Positions 60,601 to 64,000 of a stretch of DNA of 64,000 nt are shown here, in pieces. The translations under genes and the position numbers were made by a program. Position 1 is the stretch's first letter. Each line of letters starts with the position of its first letter. The DNA lies in contig CAZDOJ010000001.1 of NCBI GenBank assembly GCA_964507055.1, forward strand, positions 1,170,050-1,234,049. Direction: 5' to 3'. The notes under the pieces are model-generated. The model was given only the letters and a program-made list of their open reading frames with translations. It made no database searches and was not told the DNA's origin. Source of the stretch: an uncultured Gammaproteobacteria bacterium. GTDB taxonomy: Bacteria; Patescibacteriota; Microgenomatia; Levybacterales; UBA12049.

Positions 60601-63600
60601 TGATAGCGACATCAGCTGTCGCAGTAACATTACCAGTCAAAGCAGAAGTACCATCAATTGTTAAGTTACCATTTGCTTGAACATTTCCTGTACTGCCAAG
60701 TGTTACACCAGTTGAACCGTATCCACCGCCAGCATTTACGACATCGAATCCTGCAGTTGCTGAATTTCCGTCGATTGTTGTTGCGTTCGGGAAGTTGATT
60801 GTCGTACCTCGGATATTTCCAGTCGCATTGGTTGCACCCAAAGTGTATGTCGTAGCCGCACCACCAACATTCAATGTTGTAACGCCGGTGTTAAGAAGAT
60901 TGAATGTACCAGCACTTGATGTTAAGTCTCCACCATTTACAGCTACATCAGCTGAAGTTGTGATGTTGCCAGTTGCGGTGATTGTTCCTGAAGTGTTGAT
61001 GTTGCCGTTAGAACCAGTGATAGAGAAGTTGGTAGCGGTAACATCATTCGCACCAAGTGAGAGAGCATTGACTATCTCAGCATCTGAAAGATCAAGAGCA
61101 TTTGTAATTCCACCAGCTGCAGCTTGGATCTTAATACCAGCTGGTAATGCTTCGTTTGTATCCAAGTTCTCGATCAATTGTAATTGTGCTGGTGGAGTAG
61201 TATTTGTACCGTTAGCCAAACCGAAGTATGAATAGCCAGTTGAACCAGCAGCAGTTGTCACTGTGAAGTTGGAATCAGTTGAAGTATTAGCTAAGTTGAA
61301 TGCGATGTCTCGTGCATCTGATGTCGTGATTGTGTTACCACCAGCATATGCATTTTGGAGACTGAGTGTTGCATTTGCACACTGAACAACATTGTTTCCA
61401 CCGTCGAGACAGAGTGGGGTACCAGTTGTTGTACCCAAACCATTCAAGATGATTGTTGAATCTGTATCAGTTGTAAATGTGATGTCATTGGTACTGTCTG
61501 GAGCAAATGTAGAAGCACCATTTGCGTCGAATGATTGACCAGTTGCGACTGTTGCACCGCCATTGAATGTTGCGAGTCCTGTTGCAGTTGTTACTCCATC
61601 AATAAGAAGGTCATTGTTGATATTTGTTGTGCCAGTTGCTGCACCCAAGTTAAGTGCAGTTGCTGCACCACCGATATTGATTGTAGTTGCTGTTGTATTG
61701 AGTAAGTTAAATGTACTTGCACCAGTTGTTAAGTCACCACCATTGATAGCGACATCACCAGTTGCTGTTACGTTACCAGTCAATGCGGAAGTGCCATCGA
61801 TAGTCACATTACCGTTTGCTTGGATGTTGCCAGCGTTAGAGATTGAAACGCCAGTTGAGCCGTAACCGCCGCCAACATTTAATGTATCAAATCCAGCAGT
61901 TGCTGAAGTTCCATCGATAGTTGTTGCATTGTTAAAGTTGATTGTCGTACCTCGGATATTTCCAGTCGCATTGGTTGCACCCAAAGTGTATGTCGTAGCC
62001 GCACCGCCAACATTCAATGTCGTAGCATTGCTGTTGAACAAGTTAGCTGTTGTTTGGTTGGTAGCGAGTGTACCTGAATTAGCATTTATGTTCCCAGTTG
62101 CAGTGATAGTTCCACTTGTTGTGATGTTGCCGTTAGAACCAGTGATCGAGAAGTTGGTGGCAGCTACATCATTAGCACCAAGTGAGAGTGCATTAACGAT
62201 TTCAGCATCTGAAAGATCCAATGCATTAGTGATACCACCAGCAGCTGATTGAACTTTTATGCCAGCAGCAACTGCTCGATCAGTGTCTTGATTGTCAACC
62301 AAGATCAGTTGTGCTGGGTCTGAAGTGCCTGCACCATTTGCTCGAGCGAAGATACTTGTACCAGTTGAACCATCAGCTGTTGTTACTGTGAAGTTAGAAT
62401 CAGTTGTAGTGTTCGTCAATGTGAAGGCGATGTCTTTTGCGTCTGTTGTGTCGATTGTATTTCCACCAACATATGCATTTTGGAGACTGAGTGTTGCATT
62501 TGCACATTGGACAACATTGTTACTGCCATCGAGACAAAGTGAAGTGCCAGCTGCTGTACCAAGCCCAGTCAAGACAAATGTTGAGTCAGCATCAGTTGCA
62601 AAAGTAATGTCATTTGTACCATTTGGTGTAAATGTACTTGTACCATTTGCAGTCAATGTTTGACCTGATGGGATAGTTGCACCACCATTGAATGTTGCTA
62701 CGCCAGTTGCTGTCAACGCATTATTAACTGTAGTTGTTCCAGATGATGCACCAAGTGAAAGGGTAGTAGCAGCATTGCCAATATTCAATGTTGTAACTCC
62801 AGAGTTAAGAAGATTGAATGTTGTTGCAGAAGATGTAAGATCTCCACCGTTGACTGCAACGTCGGCAGCAGCAGTTACATTACCAGTCAATGTTGAGATG
62901 CCATCAACTGTCAAAGTTCCATTTGCTTGGATATTTCCAGAGTTACTGATCGTTGCACCAGTAGAACCATAACCACCGCCGATAGCAACTGAGTCAAAAG
63001 TAGCAGCAGCTTGTGGAGCAGTGAATGATGTAGCGTTAGCGAAGTTGATAGTCGCATTTCGGATGTTAGCAATACCAGTTGTTGCACCCAAGTTAACAGT
63101 AGTGGCAGCACTACCAACATTGAGTGTCGTAGCAGTTGTATTGAATAAGTTACCAGTAGTTTGTGATGTAGCAATTGTTCCAGAGTTAGCATTGATGTTC
63201 CCACTGAATGTACTTGCACCGGTTCCGAGGAATGAATATGTCGGATTTGTTGTCGTGTTACCAAATGTGATGTTTTCTGCACCGTCAGTTGTGTTTACAT
63301 TGATGTAGTTGTTACTGCCTTGCTGAATATCAAGAGCATTTGCATTGTTGTCGACCATATTAACAGTCAAGTTATTGTGTAATGTTGTTGTTCCGGTTCC
63401 GGCACCAAGTTCAATTGTTGTAGCATCGCCACCGATATTTAATGTTGTAGCATTGGTATCAAGTAAGTTAAATGTAGAAGCAGATGTCGTCAAGTCACCA
63501 CCATTGATAGCGACATCTCCAGTTGCAGTGACATCACCAGTAAGTGTTGAAGTTCCATCAATTGTGAGTGAACCATTCGCTGAGATATCACCAGCACTAC

Positions 63601-64000
63601 TGATAGTAGTACCAGTTGATCCATAGCCATTACCAACATTCAAAGCGTCGATGTTTGCAGTTGCTCCTGCTGCATTGATTGCAGTAGCATTTGGAAGTGA
63701 TAGGGTAGCGTTATTGATTGTTGTTGTGCCTGTACTCGCACCAAGAACGAGTGAAGTAGCAGCACCGCCTAGATTCACTGTCGTAGCATTCGCATTAAAT
63801 ACATTTGCAGTACCAGCAGTAGTTGTAAGTGATCCACCGTTCACTGCTACGTTTCCAGCAGTAGTAATGTTTCCATTAGAACCAGTGATAGAGAAGTTTG
63901 TTGCAGCAACATCATTAGCACCGAGAGATAATGCATTGACGATCTCTGCATCGGAAAGATCAAGAGCGTTAGTGATACCACCAGCAGCAGCTTGAATCTT
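48683..64000 (-). CDS. Giant (>5,100 aa) repeat-rich surface/fibre-like protein, partial (N-terminus beyond window end)
   Basis: Continuous minus-strand ORF from the window edge to a stop at 48683, with no in-frame stop in the last 156 nt. About 3,600 aa of Thr/Ala/Gly/Asn-rich nested tandem repeats; motifs GGGYGSTG, NGGDLT, TTLN[IV]GGAATT, C.DGSNNV..C. These are followed by an FN3-like module (...INWTAVAGATSYRVYR...), two ~120-aa related modules (...ALAGRVP[LV]KVSTENG.I..GDYLTSSS..G[VI]AMKATK.G.VIGKALED...), a coiled coil (~49700-49900), a P/T/S linker and a C-terminal ~300-aa domain. Confidence 0.85.
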   Translation of the reverse strand, partial: KIQAAAGGITNALDLSDAEIVNALSLGANDVAATNFSITGSNGNITTAGNVAVNGGSLTTTAGTANVFNANATTVNLGGAATSLVLGASTGTTTINNATLSLPNATAINAAGATANIDALNVGNGYGSTGTTISSAGDISANGSLTIDGTSTLTGDVTATGDVAINGGDLTTSASTFNLLDTNATTLNIGGDATTIELGAGTGTTTLHNNLTVNMVDNNANALDIQQGSNNYINVNTTDGAENITFGNTTTNPTYSFLGTGASTFSGNINANSGTIATSQTTGNLFNTTATTLNVGSAATTVNLGATTGIANIRNATINFANATSFTAPQAAATFDSVAIGGGYGSTGATISNSGNIQANGTLTVDGISTLTGNVTAAADVAVNGGDLTSSATTFNLLNSGVTTLNIGNAATTLSLGASSGTTTVNNALTATGVATFNGGATIPSGQTLTANGTSTFTPNGTNDITFATDADSTFVLTGLGTAAGTSLCLDGSNNVVQCANATLSLQNAYVGGNTIDTTDAKDIAFTLTNTTTDSNFTVTTADGSTGTSIFARANGAGTSDPAQLILVDNQDTDRAVAAGIKVQSAAGGITNALDLSDAEIVNALSLGANDVAATNFSITGSNGNITTSGTITATGNINANSGTLATNQTTANLFNSNATTLNVGGAATTYTLGATNATGNIRGTTINFNNATTIDGTSATAGFDTLNVGGGYGSTGVSISNAGNIQANGNVTIDGTSALTGNVTATGDVAINGGDLTTGASTFNLLNTTATTINIGGAATALNLGAATGTTNINNDLLIDGVTTATGLATFNGGATVATGQSFDANGASTFAPDSTNDITFTTDTDSTIILNGLGTTTGTPLCLDGGNNVVQCANATLSLQNAYAGGNTITTSDARDIAFNLANTSTDSNFTVTTAAGSTGYSYFGLANGTNTTPPAQLQLIENLDTNEALPAGIKIQAAAGGITNALDLSDAEIVNALSLGANDVTATNFSITGSNGNINTSGTITATGNITTSADVAVNGGDLTSSAGTFNLLNTGVTTLNVGGAATTYTLGATNATGNIRGTTINFPNATTIDGNSATAGFDVVNAGGGYGSTGVTLGSTGNVQANGNLTIDGTSALTGNVTATADVAINGGDLTSSATTFNLLNSGVTTLNAGGTATNVTIGANSGTATINNATLSLPNATAINAAGATANIDTLNVGGGYGSTGLTVSNAGNVSTNGTLTVDSTSILTGNVTAASDVAVNGGDLTTSQTTFNLLNTNATTLNIGGVATTVALGAGTGTTTLNNNLTATVVDNNANALDIQEGSNNYINLNTTNGSENLSFGNVTTNPTYSFLGTGASTFSGNINANSGTIATSQTTGNLFNTNATTLNIGSAATTVNLGATTGVANIRNATINFANATSFTAPQAAATFDTIAIGGGYGTTGTTLSNAGDIQANGNLTIDGTSALTGNVTATADVAINGGDLTSSATTFNLLNSGVTTLNVGGAATTLSLGATTGTTTVNNNLTIGNNRTLTSAGAVSFSPNSTNDITFATDADSTLILTGLQSLTGTALCIDGSNNVGTCNSASQGLQAAYTNGNTITTTNNRNIDFTLANTATDSNFSVTTADDSTSYSVFARANGAGTNDPTQLVLIDNLDADRILPVGLKIGSAGGAGVTTALDLSDATIGNALSLGANDVTASNFSIAGSTGNITTTGDVAVNGGDVTTSATTASLFNTTATTLNIGGAATTYTIGGTAATGNIRGTTINFPNATTFAAAGAAATFDSVAIGGGYGSTGATISNAGNIQANGTLTVDGVSTLTGNVTAAADVAVNGGDVTTNQTTASLFNTTATTLNVGGAATTLSLGAATGTTTVNNNLSIANNSSLTTTGAVSLTPASTSDITINTDADSTLVLTGLQSVTGTTLCVDGSSNVGTCSAASFSLQAAYNAGNTIATTDARDIGFTLADTTTDANFTITTADGSTGFSSFTRANGSGTADPNQLILVDNLDTNRAVAAGIKVQAAAGGITTALDLSDAEIGNALSLGANDITATNFSLTGSNGNLSANGSIAANGGTISTDETTFNLVDATATTVNFAGAATTLNIGGASGTATINNQTIALPNATALNASGATVTIDAATIGGGYGSTGVSVSNAGTIQANGNLTVDGTSNLTGNITSSGDIAVNGGDITTTFATGNIFNTGATTLNIGNAATTVSLGATTGTTTIRNALTVANNSALTTSGAVSFSPNSTNGVTIATDSDSFLTVSGLTTASGAQPTLCVNGSNQVVKCDLTANASLQAAYDNGNTITSTNNRNIGFTLADTATDSNFTITTADGSTGGTVFSRANGAGTSDPNQLVLIDNADANRPLPTGLAITSTGGGGITTALDLSDASIVTALSLGANDVSASNFSISGANGNVTTAGNVAVNGGTLSTTATTGSIFDTNATTVTMGSAATTLTTGATTATQNIRGTTINFPNATTITANSAALNISSTAIGGGYGSTGVSVSSAGDVQANGALTVDGASTLTGAVTASNGVTINGASTSDLVSSKTTGNLFNTTATTLNIGGAATTVALGATTGTTTVRNALTVGNNSTLTTAGAVSFSPNSTNDITFATDADSTLVLTGLQSVAGTTLCLDGSNNVGTCNAASLNLQTAYNNGNTITTTDARNIGFTLADTATDSNFAVTTADGSTGFSTFSRANGAGTNDPAQLILIDNADTNRAIPAGLKVTSSGGGGVTTGIDVSDASITTGIALGASNVSATNFGIVGSTGNITTSGDLAVNGSDITTSGTGTATVFNTNALTLNMGGAATAYTIGATNATGNLRGTTINFNNATTISALTAAFNADSLSIGGGYGSTGVSVSNAGNIQANGTLTVDGASTLTGNVTATGDVAVNGGDLTTTAGTFNLVNSGATTLNIGGAATTIALGANGGTTTVNSGLTVASGQTFTANGQSNFSPNGTNGVTITSDADSFITLNGLTTAAGTGVCVNGSNQVVKCDGASQSLQSAYDNGNAITTTNNRDIAFTLADTTADSKFTVTTATGSTGGVEISRADGAGTADPTQLVLIDNKDTNRALPIALRIAGTPSGNVTTALDVSNADIGTALSFGANDISGTNFSVAGASGDITSAGDAALNGGDLTTTAGTASLFNTGATTLNIGGAATTYTLGATNATGNIRGTTINFPNATSIAATNATAGFDTVNVGGGYGSTGATIANTGNISTNGTLTVDGISTLTGAVTASNGLTIDGSTQSTLIAAKSTANVFNTVATTLNIGGAATTVSLGAATGTTTVNNGLTVAGTLTANGAANIGDGGDAIALSGTTVSLTANGAGSDITANLVDNNTDALDVQEGANNYININTTNSSENISFGNGSTNPTYSFLGTNATTMTGDLIVNGGDISATSGSTVNLFNTVQTSTLNIGGGASSLAIGASGSTTTVAGGLTVSGATTALASNAINLTGTAPIIDATGGSATLGINTTTNRPVTFGSGVLTMGTNTINLSGSAPVIAATTTNAAVSVNANGSGALNLQSNTQTGDVNIAGTSASTGCTVTNSNGNLACAGGFTSTANSGTVQFGYFNKNFSTGVISNATASDVLQISTTNVSTPAVAITNSATNGGASGTTYMLDIARSGTNVNANHTSYGVRSIVNTTTNSATNIAGYFDASGASATNYGLIVAGGNVGFGTATPQEKFVLGAGNNMGLNMSAPGALSMGTAAGGGTLATGTYYYKVTALDAAGGETTTSPENAQAVTLGQRVTINWTAVAGATSYRVYRGTSSNNQTGYLTTTTNSIIDTGTALTGAAVPTLNTSYGVKLNSNGTAYFQGNVGFGDATPAAPLTVGNGDLFQVQSTGNINFNFSNPLISFANGGTLGLTDGTNTLFSFADASATSSILTIGLNGTTNGQILFGSTGGGSQSSLSALSNGDLWLKSEIGTTIVGSGTGNITLQPSSASNINVNLGVSGATGDFIVNRNGTSFLTLTEAGGTTFTQAAGQRIFIDAASNDSTLNSLSTGVFDLDVDSSTGNNIGLSLDYTAQGGSSSDTLYGSRLVLTQNDGDSNLRGFEIVNAATGTTNADGVECLLCLVNSENQSAAVTSAIRILGVSGGFAGSITNGINIATTDITNDIVLQNGETIDNNTNGSIEFQGAGGTDNTDLAFDLDGTRPVISSPTDTVIEIAENLEVTGTGTHDFEGQVRIDAASGAKTQRLCQTGGGTGNGVALNEAVIGDCSTSGQADLAEFYDTDGTVEPGDIVSSTGGNYMVSASNGTYDDNMIGIVSTNPIADGIIGYNVKSPNRQPVGLAGRVPLKVSTENGPIQIGDYLTSSSIPGVAMKATKGGRVIGKALEDYDGSVRVSENVLFEENERTSIHAGELAEYHSNPNNWNPSVGKIMAFANVGYANPNAGEAAYDGLSDWTHNANFDILGDLTASAAAFGNNSELTIDGNGTLTTSGTIRTPLLDLLSGTIEGITGNVVSKLAADYTGMDANKFMWKNAANQELFSIDSTGNATLSGTLTTNGGNYDLAEDYGTQDNSLQAGDILSIDKDVAENVKKSEGTYDTTIIGVYSEKPGFRLSQNEQMISGGKAVPVALAGRVPVKVSTENGQIKKGDYLTSSSVAGIAMKATKPGQVIGKALEDFTGTGVGKVMTFVNVTFADPSNQLAILTDEDTQITTGEVVLPSNMQIDGQVVNGSLADAFLAVNNSLTNKTTAIGSLQASAISLEEKTNQLDTRLTNLESQEAAKAAALAAAQDLAEKAASDAATLGDRVASTDAVLANLNAQLEAINNASNSADLASLSQRIDDLIASLNVSATPTPTSGVGSPSATPTASESAEPTPSAEDLTSPDLLIASDSASPTDHGFFSTATVSGEFTAYTATIQDTFKSFGKSYLGDTTISGDVMVTGKTTLEDTNVAGVLTVDDRINVGGTLSVTENEISVFGTPIENGEEPTDGILFLQKSPLANLLDIFNGAMVIDKNGTMITKGNIVAKNVETKENIKVGGNIDLAGAITISATAGEDITKGDALYISDTEEVMIADATDEAKTTVVGIAAGDALAGEKVTIIIGGKANVLNNLEAGKQYFLGVAGALTDVAPVDAVKEVPVGVAFSTTEMIMQIGTEKPQELSAATPLE
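52750..64000 (-). repeat. Nested coding tandem repeats inside the giant gene: basic unit ~1.3 kb (~430 aa), plus near-identical higher-order copies 3,240 bp apart
   Basis: Antisense ORF peptides at 59781/63021 and at 60105/63345 are ~80-85% identical with an exactly 3,240-bp offset. The GGGYGSTG motif recurs about every 430 aa. Confidence 0.8.

Noticed and set aside
48783-63995. About 45 plus-strand ORFs (60-270 aa) tiled across the giant gene, e.g. 54525..55073, 55518..56174, 57711..58532
   Set aside because: They lie antisense to a continuous 15-kb coding frame whose codons are dominated by ACN/GCN/GGN/AAY, so the reverse complement is stop-poor. Their peptides are low-complexity V/A/P/L-rich mirror images that repeat with the same 3,240-bp periodicity. 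These are compositional artefacts.
52750-64000. Highly regular repeats, examined as a possible CRISPR array
   Set aside because: The repeats are ~1.3 kb and 3.24 kb protein-coding units inside one ORF, not 25-40-bp direct repeats with unique spacers. No cas genes are present. There is no CRISPR anywhere in the window.

Overview
This 64-kb window looks like a chromosomal segment from a low-GC (~40%), streamlined bacterium. Its traits are compatible with a Patescibacteria/CPR-like lineage: a short primary sigma factor, a short ValRS, DUF2207 and DUF4012 proteins, Wzy_C+TPR membrane proteins and a giant surface protein. That placement cannot be proven from sequence alone.

The 5' end is an origin-proximal housekeeping block. 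dnaA lies on the minus strand, running off the window, and faces rpmH-rnpA-yidD-yidC-jag. The central ~30 kb carries core genes: pgk, valS, rplY, ruvC, ruvA, ruvB, comM/yifB, dnaG, rpoD and a P-type ATPase, plus one tRNA-Asn(GTT). Envelope and unknown-function proteins are interspersed among them.

The tRNA-Asn is followed by a small ArsR-VOC-SRPBCC-DUF2277 cluster whose genes have strong AAGGAGGTG Shine-Dalgarno sites. Nearly all other gene starts instead sit 6-9 nt downstream of a TGnTAnAAT-type -10 box and have no SD, so they appear to be leaderless.

The 3' 24 kb is a cell-surface locus:
- a peptidase S51;
- a 1,015-aa membrane-anchored protein;
- a 911-aa secreted protein with three ~195-aa tandem repeats;
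- two tandem class-A beta-lactamase-like serine hydrolases;
- a giant minus-strand ORF of at least 5,100 codons that runs off the window end.

The giant ORF consists of nested Thr/Ala/Gly/Asn-rich tandem repeats, including near-identical copies 3,240 bp apart. These are followed by an FN3-like module, a duplicated ~120-aa module, a coiled coil, a Pro/Thr/Ser linker and a C-terminal domain.

Other notable elements:
- an IS1595-family transposase N-terminal fragment next to a bacterial SET-domain gene;
- a DUF4012 protein fused to a degenerate Rossmann-like domain;
- a winged-helix regulator with a dead P-loop;
- a palindromic hairpin with flanking A/T tracts in the comM/dnaG divergent intergenic region.

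No CRISPR array, rRNA or recognisable defence island was found. Many ORFs on the strand opposite the giant gene are compositional artefacts.
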